64,000 nt of DNA from NCBI RefSeq assembly GCF_027921745.1, contig NC_079238.1:124001-188000 (forward strand), written 5' to 3'. This DNA is from Schizosaccharomyces osmophilus (lineage: Eukaryota). A program made the position numbers and the translations under genes. Below the pieces are notes generated by a model. That model saw only the letters and a list, made by a program, of their open reading frames with translations, was not told the DNA's origin and did not search any database. Within the stretch, counting starts at the first letter, position 1, and each line of letters starts with the position of its first letter. This document shows positions 48,631-59,765 of the stretch, piece after piece.

Positions 48631-49379
48631 ACAGGTTCATTTATTAAATTTCCCTTCACGAGCTTGAACGGAAATTTTATGGCCTATTTCATAGAGCAGT
48701 TTGAGAGCATGGAAAGCTTAAAAGCGATGCTTGGCTAAATTATAAAAATTCATTTTGAAGGTTTGATCAAGTTACAGTATAAACAACACCAAGCCGCAAT
48801 AAAATTATTCAACCGAATGAGTAAGACCGTCCAGTCGATTCGTCGAACAAAGAGAAAATGGGAGTGTGAAATGATATAAGTGCTTGACGCATGCCACGAA
48901 CACAAAATTCAGATTGTAACCGTTCCTTTCCCAAAACAATTATCTACAGTAAAATAAGAATGGTGGCGCAAATGCAATCAGCATACAGAACGATCAAATA
49001 ATAAAATCGTACATGTAATTTCGATCAATCTGGGATCTGAAAACGGACAGCTTTATGTTATGTCTCCCTGACCTATATCAGGACACCATCGCTGAAATGT
49101 TAAGTAGATGTAATATATAGACCCCAAATTGCAGTATTAATTAAAACAAATAAATAAATAAATAATAAAAAAAGGAAGAGTGTCTATAGCTTTCTATTTG
49201 TAAAAGTTAAACAAGGTCAGCAAGCATAACGAAAAATTGACGAGCTTACGATTATTGCCTGTGAATTTCAGAAGAGGATTAACGCTATATAGTATCCTCA
49301 ATTGGTTGAAGAAAAACACAAGGTTAGACAATTTTGACCCGTCCACGTTTGTTATTGCTTGCTAATATCGAAAAGAAAG

Positions 49380-50885
49380 ATGAATGATTACCAACAAAGT
49401 CTAGAAAGCTGTTCTATCAGTGAGAAAGATACAAAGGATATAAAGTTTCAGCAGTCATGGCAATATCCCGAATCATTTCCAGACGAAGATTTCTTGGTTG
49501 ACTTTGAGACAGATGATCCTGAACGACCTATGAATTGGCCTACTTGGAAAAAGTTATTACACACGGCGCTATACGGAATGGCAACGTTTGCTGCTCAATT
49601 CAATAGTACAACAATGTCACCTACTGCTGAACATTTGATAAATGTATACCCTATCGGTGAAGAGGTTGCGACACTAGCTACCTCTCTCTATGTCTTGGGA
49701 ATTGCCTTTGGCCCAATGATCTTTGCACCCTTTTCAGAAATGAACGGAAGGAAAATTGGAGTCTTCTTTCCTTTTTTTATATCCATAATACTAACAGCAG
49801 GGACTGCTAGCTCAGATAATGTAGCAGCTATTATGTGCACCCGTTTTTTTTCTGGTCTGTTTGCTGGTGCGCCTATTGTTTCTACAGGTGGTGTCTTGGC
49901 AGATCTCTGGAACCCAGCAGAAAGAGCTACCGCATTGGTTTTTTATTCGTTCCTTGTCTTGAGTGGTGCTGATTTTGGTCCTATCATTAGTAGCTTACTT
50001 ACGAATGGTTCAGATACAGCATGGAGATGGCCGCTATGGTTTATGGTGATTGTAGAATCTTGGATTTTGCTTATTAATCTTGCAGTCGTTGATGAAACGT
50101 ATGTTCCTGTTATATTAGCTAGGAAAGCTCGAAATTTGCGACTTACTACAAATAACTGGGGCTTGCATGCTGCCCATGAACAATACAAGTTGGATGCAAA
50201 AGAGTTTGTAACCTTCCATTTATTACGACCTTTAGCTATGTTGGCAACACCAATTGTCTTTTTTATCGCCTTGTTCGCCAGTTATGTATATGGTCTCCTT
50301 TATGTTATTCTGACCACTATTCCCTATACTTTCAACTTGTCAAGGAACTGGAAAGGAACAGTTGGTACGCTCCCGATGATTGCGATGTTTATTGGTGTCA
50401 TTATTGGCGGAATTTTGAACATGCTATGGAACAAAAGATACGCAAAACTGCTTTCAAGAAGCAGAGGAGGTTCCCTACCAGAGCAAAGATTACCGCTGAT
50501 GATGATGTTTGGCTGGTTTATGCCAGCTGGTATCTTTGTTTTTGCTTGGACTTCTGATCCCAATATCCATTGGATAGCACCGTTCATTGGGATTACTATG
50601 ATAGGTATTGGGTATTTTATAATTTTTCAAGGATGCTTAAATTACCTTGTAGATACGTTTTCAAAGTTTGCAGCATCGGCTATTGCTGCGAATACATTTT
50701 CAAGGTCAATATTTGCAGGGACTTTTCCCTTGTTTTCTCGTATCATGTTTAAAAATTTAGGTGTTCACTGGGGTGGAAGTTTAGTAGGATTTATTGCTCT
50801 CGGAATGATTCCAATTCCTTTTGTTTTTTATTATTTTGGTGAAAAGTTACGTGGCAAAACCCCATATATCAAGCTTGTGTCTTAA
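49380..50885 (+). CDS. MFS DHA1 polyamine/multidrug transporter
   Basis: [27 protein letters not shown] and PEQRL motifs. Confidence 0.92.
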   Translation: MNDYQQSLESCSISEKDTKDIKFQQSWQYPESFPDEDFLVDFETDDPERPMNWPTWKKLLHTALYGMATFAAQFNSTTMSPTAEHLINVYPIGEEVATLATSLYVLGIAFGPMIFAPFSEMNGRKIGVFFPFFISIILTAGTASSDNVAAIMCTRFFSGLFAGAPIVSTGGVLADLWNPAERATALVFYSFLVLSGADFGPIISSLLTNGSDTAWRWPLWFMVIVESWILLINLAVVDETYVPVILARKARNLRLTTNNWGLHAAHEQYKLDAKEFVTFHLLRPLAMLATPIVFFIALFASYVYGLLYVILTTIPYTFNLSRNWKGTVGTLPMIAMFIGVIIGGILNMLWNKRYAKLLSRSRGGSLPEQRLPLMMMFGWFMPAGIFVFAWTSDPNIHWIAPFIGITMIGIGYFIIFQGCLNYLVDTFSKFAASAIAANTFSRSIFAGTFPLFSRIMFKNLGVHWGGSLVGFIALGMIPIPFVFYYFGEKLRGKTPYIKLVS

Positions 50886-51424
50886 TTAGCTGTCTTCTTT
50901 TTCGTTGCTTTATTATTCACAACCTAATTTTATTTTCTTTTGGAATTGAGAAAAAAAGGATGTTTATGACATATTCAAGTTTTACAATTTTTTTTTGTTT
51001 GGAATTTATGATATGAGGATGCTATGATATCCGTATTTAATGAGAATAAACAAATTTCTTTCACTGATTTATTTTATGGTCGACAGAACAAGTTTTTAAG
51101 TTTTTGTTTGTTTACATGTTGTTTTTGTTTGTTTACCAGATTGTGAGATCAAAAAGTAGTTTTCAATACTACATTTCCACTACGTATCCATTCACCAAAA
51201 AAAAAAGTATTTACAGAATTGTCAATCAACTTTATTCCTTTTATTGCTTTTCTTGTTAATCTTTCTCTTTCCTCTTTTCGCTGTTAGTACTCCCTTTCGA
51301 TTCTTTTGTTTGGCTGCTTGTGTAAACATACAAACTTTGTATACAGTATACTATAGATACTATTTGGGTGTTAACTACAGACTTGGATTTCTTTGTGCGT
51401 TTACTTATAATATTATTCCTTAAA

Positions 51425-51778
51425 ATGATGATGCTATCAAAATTCGCCTTCTTTACATTCATCGCTTGCTCTATGGCTGTACATTTTAATATTCCTTCTG
51501 CGTTTGAAGAATGGGAAATTGGTGAGGACCATACGATCATCTGGGATTCCGTCGATACAGATCCCCAAATCGCTCAACTCTATCTGAGTAATTACTACAG
51601 ATACCCTCCCATTAACAAGTACCTCACGACGCTTTCTGTTTCTGATGGAAGATACACTGCTGACACTAGGGATTGGCCTATTGATGGAGGATACCGCATC
51701 AACATGAGGAATCCCGGGAATTTCGACGAAATTTATGCTCAGTCAGAGGAATTCATTCTTAATCCAGCAAGAGACTAA
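51425..51778 (+). CDS. Small secreted protein with a Kre9/Knh1-like N-terminal (Ser-Thr-rich GPI family) domain
   Basis: Signal peptide; W..G...I.W.SVDTDP and IYAQSEEF patterns; no Ser/Thr tail. Confidence 0.7.
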   Translation: MMMLSKFAFFTFIACSMAVHFNIPSAFEEWEIGEDHTIIWDSVDTDPQIAQLYLSNYYRYPPINKYLTTLSVSDGRYTADTRDWPIDGGYRINMRNPGNFDEIYAQSEEFILNPARD

Positions 51779-51977
51779 AGTGAGGAAAACTCCTCCTGGC
51801 AACATTGTCTCTTCGTAATTGCGTTAGTGCTGTTTTATTCCATCCGCTTTCTGTACGTATTTATTTCAATATGGTAAATATGGGTTGTTTTTATAAGTAT
51901 AAAATATAAGAAATTCGGAAATTTAGCAAGTGATTGAAACTAAAATAAAGACGCACTAAGGACAAGCAAGGTTGGAT

Positions 51978-52094
51978 CACCTAGGCGAAAACACCAGTTC
52001 CCGTTCGAACACCAAAGTTAAGCGTCCGAGGGTCTCGTTAGTTTAGTACTATGATTAGAGACAACATGGGAATCCGGGATGCTGTAGGTAGGCT
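51978..52094 (+). pseudogene. 5S rRNA pseudogene D (5'-truncated)
   Basis: CACCTAGGCGAAAACACCAGTTCCCG...CAACATGGGAATCCGGGATGCTGTAGG with a 5-nt insertion and a TAGG duplication. Confidence 0.87.
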
Positions 52095-53157
52095 TTTCTT
52101 CTTTTTTATGTTTCTATTTAGTTCCATAAATTTCCTCTTCTTCCATTTTTTTATTCATATTGTGGTCCAAGAATTTTCGTTGCCAAAGATGTGGTCGCAG
52201 ACAATTGAATGATATTGTGTACGTTTTTAGTAGTATTTTTTTTTCCACTGTAAATGCCTCTTTTTACTTCGTACGCAATGACCAGGAAGGTTGTCTTCCA
52301 ATTCGTTGGACAGGAGCTTCCTATTGTACGAGTCGCTTTTACCTTGCTTTGCTTATGTTAACACTTATGATTTGGGAATTATCGAATTTTGGTGAAAAAA
52401 TTTCTAGCTCGTACTAGTGGTAGAAGACCCTGCTTTTAGAGATGTATGCGAAAACTGTCATGTCGTGGTCTATTGAATTCTTTTATTTACATATGGATTT
52501 ATTGTCGTCTATGTATTTCCTCCCTAATTCAGTGCATCGTAAATATGTGTATTTGTTTATTCAGAATATGAAGGACTTGGGTTCTTACGATAACTTATTT
52601 GAAAATTATGATGGCTACTAACCATTTGCACTATCTAGGAGTACAGAGCAGGTGGGCTGAATTCTTTTTTTATTTTTTTGGAACGCATTCGTGTTTGCTA
52701 CAAATTATGTCCCGTTAAAAATCATCAGGAACACCGTGCCAAGAAGCCAATTTTTTCTAGCAAAATTTTATTTTTTGCACTATTTGTATATATTGGCAAA
52801 GATATGAACTACTTTTTAATAATATATACGCCGTTGGTTTGCGCCGTAACATCTTTTTATTGAGAAAGAAACCTGGCACTCGACTTCAAGAATACAGCAA
52901 CAAGTAGTATTGGAATATAGATTCGGTTCGCTTACCTGCCTTATGATCTACTCATCACATCACATCTGTCAATCTCATATAAAAGTCCTGTCAATTTAAT
53001 GTTTCTGATATCAAATTGAATAATCAAGCTACATTCATCGTCTGCTGTATAGTTTTACACTTTTGTTTGGGCTTTTTCATGGAATCGAGCACATAGAGAT
53101 CGTTGATAATAATCATTACGACTCGGCAGGCCGAATGTGTTAACAGACTAAGCAGTC

Positions 53158-53519
53158 CGTCAAAATCGAATTGTTGTATAATATAATTATACAAAAGAGG
53201 CCTTTATTACAAAATGTAAACGATGAAAGTTTCTAGCAAAGCAACTTCATCAAAAGAAACCATGTTAGCTACTTTAGATGTATATATATACCCAGTATTA
53301 GAAGCTCCAATCCTCAGATTGGAAGATTTGACTGATCTAGCTAAAATAAATTGTTCATACAACTTGCTTAGTGAATCAAATCCCTGGAAGCTATTGCTAG
53401 TCTTTCTTAGTAGTACCAAAGCATCCCATTTAATATAGAACATACATTTTACTAAAATTGTAACTATTTTTTTCCACTGAATACTTATTCTCATAACAAG
53501 TGAGATCTCGTCTGTGACA
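53158..53519 (+). repeat. Solo LTR (362 bp) with 5-bp target-site duplication CAGTC
   Basis: CAGTC|cGTCA...TGACA|CAGTC; TATA and R-U5 homologous to the element LTRs. Confidence 0.88.
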
Positions 53520-53693
53520 CAGTCGCTTACAAATTTATTACTAAAAGCTTTTACTTTGTAAGCAATGTCGCAGTAACTGTTAGCAAGCTTTTGTTTCATG
53601 CCATTAATGACGCTCAATACGGATTGCGTAATCTTCTATTGCTATTAAAGGAAGCCGACTCGTAGCATTCATTTCAACAACATTCAATAAATA

Positions 53694-54386
53694 ATGGCGC
53701 ACTTTACTCTCTTCTCTCACAAAAGTGCTCCCAATCCCTGGAGACCAGTTCTTGCTTTGAAAGAATTGAATCTTCCTTACGAAACAATTTATCATGACTT
53801 TGAAAAAAATGAGCAGAAAAACGAAAGACACCTTGCTTACAATCCAAATGGAAGACTTCCTACATTGATCGATCATCATAACAACGATTACACAATCTGG
53901 GAATCCGATGCTATTTTGGCCTACTTGACAGACAGGTACGACAAGGAAAGAAAGATTTCTTTGCCTCATGATCATCCTGATTACCATCATTTGCTTCAGT
54001 ACCTCTTTTTCCAGTCGTCTGGTCAAGGAGTCATTTGGGGACAAGCTTCTTGGTTCAAGTCTTATCACCCAGAGCCTGTTGCATCGGCCATTACTAGATA
54101 CAGAAACGAAGTTAAACGTGTGCTTGGTGTTTTAGAAACTATCCTTCAAGACAAAGAGTATCTTGTCGCCGACAAGTGTACGATTGCCGACTTGTCTTTT
54201 GTCAATTGGAACGCTAGGTTGTCGTATCTTTTTAGCCCAGGAAAGCACGATATTAAGGAAGAACTTCTTCCTCAATTGGATTTCGAAAAGGAGTTCCCCA
54301 AGACTTATGCTTGGCATCAACGTCTTGTTGAGCGTCCTGCCGTTGCTGCCACTTTGAAGGAGCGAGAGGAAGCCTCAAAGCAATAA
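53694..54386 (+). CDS. Glutathione S-transferase (Gst1/Gst2, Ure2-like)
   Basis: APNPW, NPNGRLPTL, IWESDAIL and TIADL motifs. Confidence 0.93.
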   Translation: MAHFTLFSHKSAPNPWRPVLALKELNLPYETIYHDFEKNEQKNERHLAYNPNGRLPTLIDHHNNDYTIWESDAILAYLTDRYDKERKISLPHDHPDYHHLLQYLFFQSSGQGVIWGQASWFKSYHPEPVASAITRYRNEVKRVLGVLETILQDKEYLVADKCTIADLSFVNWNARLSYLFSPGKHDIKEELLPQLDFEKEFPKTYAWHQRLVERPAVAATLKEREEASKQ

Positions 54387-54591
54387 ACCGTACTTTGATT
54401 TTAGAAATTGGACTTCTTGTGCTTCCTCGTTTGGTAAATCCTGTTTACGAAAACTCTTTGTTATGACTACTCCTTTTACGAGCTGAAACACTATGAATGA
54501 AAGAATTTTTTCGTAACATTATATATTTTCATTAACATAAAAATCATTTTTATAAACATCAAGAGCGTATTACGATTGCTAATCTCACACA

Positions 54592-55899
54592 TCAATTGGC
54601 ATTATGTCCTGTGTTGTGTCCTGTCCAGTAATTGCTGTTGTGTGAATTATGTGTAGATTTCTGGAGACGCCATACTTGAGTGCCATGAGGTACAACATCA
54701 ACTGTTAGATGCCGAGCCGCAGTTATTGTTTCCTTAGTCCATAAGTCTTTTGCGGTCCATGCAAACTTTGCATTGTCACGGTTATCAAAGAATATGTCAG
54801 AAAAGGGAATACTCATTTCTACTAATGGTACGGTAGCTTCATTAACAATGGCCACAACCCAATCCCCATTCGAGAGAGCTCCGGAGAAGAGATGCACAAA
54901 GCTGTCAACAAAGGGCTTTTTCCATATTCTGTTGGCAGGAGCAGAAACATCTTGATGGACAGCAATCACATCGAAGTTGCTCACAAGTGCTAAATGTTCA
55001 GGGCTCATATTGCTAACATCATTTCCAAGAATTAAAGGAGATTTCAGGACAGCCCACATGGTAAAGTGAGTAAGATACTCATCATATGTCATGCCTCCAT
55101 TTCCAATTTCCAACATATCCATATCGCTCCATCCGCTGTTGGGTCCAGTTTTCTGTGCCAGAGGGGTTGCTTTGTTCACAATGTTCATGATCGAGCAATG
55201 ATATCCCTGTAAGCTGGGGCAGTCGTAGGTCTCGCATGGGCAACGGATATCGTATCGATCGAAGCTGTCGTAAATGTCTCCTGTTATTCTCCAAGAATTT
55301 GCAACAGTACTGGCCCAGTTCCAAACTTGATCTTCCCCCCATTGGCAAAGAGCATAGAAAATGGGACGACCAGTTTTGTTTAGAGCTTCCGACATTGCTT
55401 CATAGCGCTGATAACTGATTAAAGGAGTGCCGCTACGTCCTTGATTGAAGCAATTGTCGTATTTCAGGTAATCGATTTTCCAGTCGGCAAACGTTTTGGC
55501 ATCAATTTCTTCATAATCCAACGATCCAGGGTATCCAGCACATGTATACTTACCAGCACTAGAGTACATGCCAAATTTGAACCCCATGTTGTGAATTTTT
55601 TCAATCATGTCCTCTAGCCCATTTGGGAATTTCTCGGGATCAGGAACAATTTTTCCTGTCTCCGGGTCTCGTTGTCGTTTGGACCAACAATCATCCATGA
55701 TAATATGATTATATCCTAATTCTAATAAACCGGTTTCCTTCATAGCTTTCGCGTTGTTTAGGATCACGGTTTCATTAATGTCACAGGTATAACGGTTCCA
55801 TGAATTCCATCCCATCGGAGGACTTTGTCCTAGACCATTGTCCAAGGCCCATATCGCTGGAGCAATTGCTAATATCAGTAGAGTAGTAAAAGACATCAT
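54592..55899 (-). CDS. mel1: Secreted alpha-galactosidase (GH27)
   Basis: PPMGWNSWN, MDDCW, DYLKYDNC and DMDMLEIGNGG motifs. Confidence 0.95.
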   Translation of the reverse strand: MMSFTTLLILAIAPAIWALDNGLGQSPPMGWNSWNRYTCDINETVILNNAKAMKETGLLELGYNHIIMDDCWSKRQRDPETGKIVPDPEKFPNGLEDMIEKIHNMGFKFGMYSSAGKYTCAGYPGSLDYEEIDAKTFADWKIDYLKYDNCFNQGRSGTPLISYQRYEAMSEALNKTGRPIFYALCQWGEDQVWNWASTVANSWRITGDIYDSFDRYDIRCPCETYDCPSLQGYHCSIMNIVNKATPLAQKTGPNSGWSDMDMLEIGNGGMTYDEYLTHFTMWAVLKSPLILGNDVSNMSPEHLALVSNFDVIAVHQDVSAPANRIWKKPFVDSFVHLFSGALSNGDWVVAIVNEATVPLVEMSIPFSDIFFDNRDNAKFAWTAKDLWTKETITAARHLTVDVVPHGTQVWRLQKSTHNSHNSNYWTGHNTGHNAN

Positions 55900-56355
55900 G
55901 TTTGCGATTTATTGAATTTCATTTGCTTTTTCCTTTTTTTAACATTTCGTGCAGGGAACGTTACGTATATATGACTATTAAAGAACAAAAACTTTACTCG
56001 CATCTTGTTCTTCCTCCATGAAAATGAAGACCCGTAAGCAACACAAACATTCATATTTAGTCACCATTACCAGCTTGCTTCTTTCATTACGTTAAAGGTA
56101 GCTTTCTACTGTCTGAGACGTCACTACTTCCTAGCTAACTGCTGAATGTTAAAATTAGAGTATTTCAAAAATAAAATTTATTACTATCATATTTGACACA
56201 TTTCAATAGCAAGCATTAATGGTAAAAAGAAAAGCAGAGTAAAAAAAAAGATAGGAACATAGACAAGAAAGTGAAAGAAAATATAATATTGAGCACGGAT
56301 TTTCTTATCGTATAAATATAATTTGGAAAGCGTAATAGTTACCAAAGGACACAAC

Positions 56356-58314
56356 TTAATTAGTAACGGGAACTAAGGAATCATCAGAGCTGGGAGGTAT
56401 ACCCATCTTGGCGATATACTCTCTCGCTTCCTCTCTCAAGCGTTGAGCTTTAGAACTATCCCAGCCAAACTCTTCTTTCATTAATGTAGTAATACCATCG
56501 ACAGCTCTCAAAGCTTCTCTGGCATTCAAAAATGCAAGTCTTGATCTTCTAGCTATAAAATCGAGTGGGGTTCTCGTGTATTCGTAGCGCAAACTGTACT
56601 TCAATTCAGCAACTGTGAAAGGTTCGTCAAAGGAGGCATATGACAATTCATTGTTCTTTGTAACACTATCTTTAGAAGGAGTGAAGCTCTTGTTTCCAGC
56701 AAGAACAACGGGTAACTTATTAATGTCGTTTTGGGTGTACAATTCCAAAATTAAAGGAGAGCGGGTACCGTAGTTATGGGAAAGGTGTTTTGCCAAAGTA
56801 AGTGGAATATGGTAAGTATGCATTAATTTAGCAGAATAGTTCTTGGTGTAATCTTCACCGCCAACCAAAATTATTTGTTTTGTCTGGCATGGTTTCAAGG
56901 TCCTACCAAAGTCAAAGTCCTTAAGCAATTTGTCCACAGTCTCTTCGGCCATTTCTCTGTAAGTAGTCCATTTACCACCACTGATTGTGACAAGCCCAGT
57001 CTCAGTTGTGTAGATTAAGTGAGAGCGAACCAAACCTTGGGTACTTGAAGTGCTTGGGTCAAGACCCTTGGGAACATTCGAAGGGTCACGAACCAAAGGA
57101 CGGATTCCACTCCAAGCTGACAGAACGTCATCTCTTTGAACAGGGAAAGTAATGTAGTTTTGCAGTTCATTTAAGATGTCTTGAATATCTTCCTCCGAAG
57201 GAGAGGGATTGGAAATGGCTTCCTTGAGTGGATTATCAGTAGTACCAGCCAAAACCTTGCCTTGCCAAGGAAGGAAAAACATGACACGGCCATCCTTGGT
57301 AGATGGATCAAGTAAGCCCATATCTCTAGGGCAATAGTATTCGGGTAGAACAACGTGGACTCCAGAAGATGGAACGACCATACGAGGAAATTGAGCAGTC
57401 TTGGGTGGCTTACCATTTGCATTTTCATCCATTTCTAAAATCTTATCAGCGTAGGGTCCAGTAGCATTCACAGTGGCTGTAGCCTTGATTTCGTATTCCA
57501 AACCAGTTTCACGATCTACAGCAATGGCACCAAGAACCTTATTTTCGGAAGACTTGATTAATTGCTTGACTTCCATGTAATTCAAAACAGTAGCGCCATG
57601 ATCGACGGCTGTAATGGCAAGGGTCGTGTTCATTCTTGCATCGTTAAATGAGCCGTCATGATAAACACAGGCAGCCTTCAATTCTGAGTCGTTAAGCATA
57701 GGAGCAATGGCAGTGGTCATTTCTCTGGAAAATACGGTAGAAGCTCGTAAATTTTGGGAGCCAGCAAACCAGTCATACAACTTGCAACCAGCATAATAAT
57801 AAGGAATTCTCCACCATTCATAAACAGGAATCATAATCGGCAATACAGAACAAAGATGAGGAGCAGTACGAAGCATGTTTGCCCTTTCATTGAGGGCTTC
57901 AATTACCAAGTCAAGTTGGGCTTTAGAGAGTTGAAAGATAGCTTTTTCCAAATACCGTACACCACCGTGGGCCATTTTCGTGGATTTCGAGGAAGTTTCA
58001 GCAGCAAAGTCGGTTTTTTCTAATAAGCAAACATTGAGACCACGCGTAGCGGCATCAACAGCGACACCTGTACCCGTGGCACCACCTCCGATCACCAAAA
58101 CATCGTATTTTGGAGTCGACTTGACACGATCCAAAAGGGATTCACGAGATGGAGGTGGTTCCAATTCCTTTTGGAAAGGCTTATAGAATGCCTTGTTGTA
58201 TTCAGCATTGTTATGCGTAGATTTGGAGAACACAGCAACAGTGTAAGCACCACCAGCAAGCGCAGTAGCTCCTATAGCTAGTTGAGTTGATCTTTTACGG
58301 AAAAACCCAAACAT
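56356..58314 (-). CDS. gut2: Mitochondrial FAD-dependent glycerol-3-phosphate dehydrogenase
   Basis: IGGGATG, TSSKSTKMAHGGVRYL and GGKWTTYR motifs. Confidence 0.95.
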   Translation of the reverse strand: MFGFFRKRSTQLAIGATALAGGAYTVAVFSKSTHNNAEYNKAFYKPFQKELEPPPSRESLLDRVKSTPKYDVLVIGGGATGTGVAVDAATRGLNVCLLEKTDFAAETSSKSTKMAHGGVRYLEKAIFQLSKAQLDLVIEALNERANMLRTAPHLCSVLPIMIPVYEWWRIPYYYAGCKLYDWFAGSQNLRASTVFSREMTTAIAPMLNDSELKAACVYHDGSFNDARMNTTLAITAVDHGATVLNYMEVKQLIKSSENKVLGAIAVDRETGLEYEIKATATVNATGPYADKILEMDENANGKPPKTAQFPRMVVPSSGVHVVLPEYYCPRDMGLLDPSTKDGRVMFFLPWQGKVLAGTTDNPLKEAISNPSPSEEDIQDILNELQNYITFPVQRDDVLSAWSGIRPLVRDPSNVPKGLDPSTSSTQGLVRSHLIYTTETGLVTISGGKWTTYREMAEETVDKLLKDFDFGRTLKPCQTKQIILVGGEDYTKNYSAKLMHTYHIPLTLAKHLSHNYGTRSPLILELYTQNDINKLPVVLAGNKSFTPSKDSVTKNNELSYASFDEPFTVAELKYSLRYEYTRTPLDFIARRSRLAFLNAREALRAVDGITTLMKEEFGWDSSKAQRLREEAREYIAKMGIPPSSDDSLVPVTN

Positions 58315-59765
58315 GATGAACCAAGCAGAGGGAAGAACAATGGGATCGATGAATATATGAACGGCTTGTCAACGGAAAGACAGAAGAAGAAGAAGAAATT
58401 AAATAAAAATTAAAAGTGAAAATGAAAAGCAGTCGTAGGTATTAAGCGTAAAAGAATAAGAAACAACCCACAAAGCAACTATTCAAAAAAGTCAAAAGGA
58501 AAAACGGAAAAATGTAATGTATCTATACACAAAAAGATCCTAGCGTTAGCTTTTCTATTTCTTTTTTTTTAACAAGGAAGAGAGGAACGTTATCAATTGG
58601 GGATAAGATAGAAAATAACGAATTGATAAACAATACTTCTAAAGAAGGTAAAAAGAAAAAAAAAAAGATTCAACTTTTTAAAAGGTTTCTAGAGGGACAA
58701 AGGCTTGTTTTTGATTTTTGAATTTGGTTTTTGGCTTCTTGAGAAGGACGTCGAGGGTGTTTATATATATTCTCCGCATTACGTAGTGCTTAACTTAAGC
58801 GGTACCAGGTGGGAGCAAACGTATTCTCGGTCAAATCAAAAGGCACGAGAGGAGGCATAACTCTAACGGATAAAGCTTGCACTGCCTCGTTTTCAACCCT
58901 CCTACCCCAGCCGCCAATGACGAAGCAAATGATGCACGACTGTTTTTTTTTTTGTTTATGTTTATGTTTACATCCAATTCTAGAGACATTTGCACTAGTA
59001 CGTCTTATCATAAAAGAATCGGTTTGCTTATAGATGGATCCGCTTTTGTTTGTACAAACGGTTGGAGACGTGCGGGAAAGTTCATTAGCGCAAGTTCCCT
59101 TCCTCCTACTGGACTTTCCGAAAGCCGGCAAGAGTATACATCATATCAAAATCATTTTCATTTTTCTCGTTAAGGACTCTACTTGGTAATAGATACACTG
59201 TAGGAGCTAAAGCAAGTCGTTTTGCTTTTCTATTTAAAGTTTCTTCTTTTCAACACAGAAAATCTCCATCCTTCGTCGGTTTGGATTGTAAACAAACAGA
59301 ATTTGAAGAAATCATACTAAAGGAATCCAATCTCCTTAGTATGACATTTCTCCGCATTTGCCAAATAAACATTACATAATAAGCGCAGCTCAGGACAATT
59401 ATATCATCATGGTGTCATGAAGTCGCTTTTGCGAAAATGTAAACATTGACAAGGCCGGCACATGGAGGAGTAGGGAGGGAGAGAGAGCAGAAAATGGTAG
59501 GAAATGAGGAAGGAAAAAAAAACAAGAGTATTTCTTTTTGTTTTTATGAATAACAGTTTCATTCTCGTTGAACATGAGCGTAAAAAGAATGGATTCATCA
59601 ATTGTCGTAACGTTTCCGTAGTCTTGGAATCGGTTGTTTTTTCCTCTTTGTTCTCGTCGTTCTCGTCATTTTCTCCGTTCTTTATGTTGTCTTTTTGTCG
59701 ACCTGGTGGAAACTTGCTCCATTAGGGTAAATGTGCAACGCGCAATGTGCAATGTGACAACATGC

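Noticed and set aside
53207..53617. 136-aa and 71-aa ORFs
   Set aside because: They lie in the solo LTR; chance frames.
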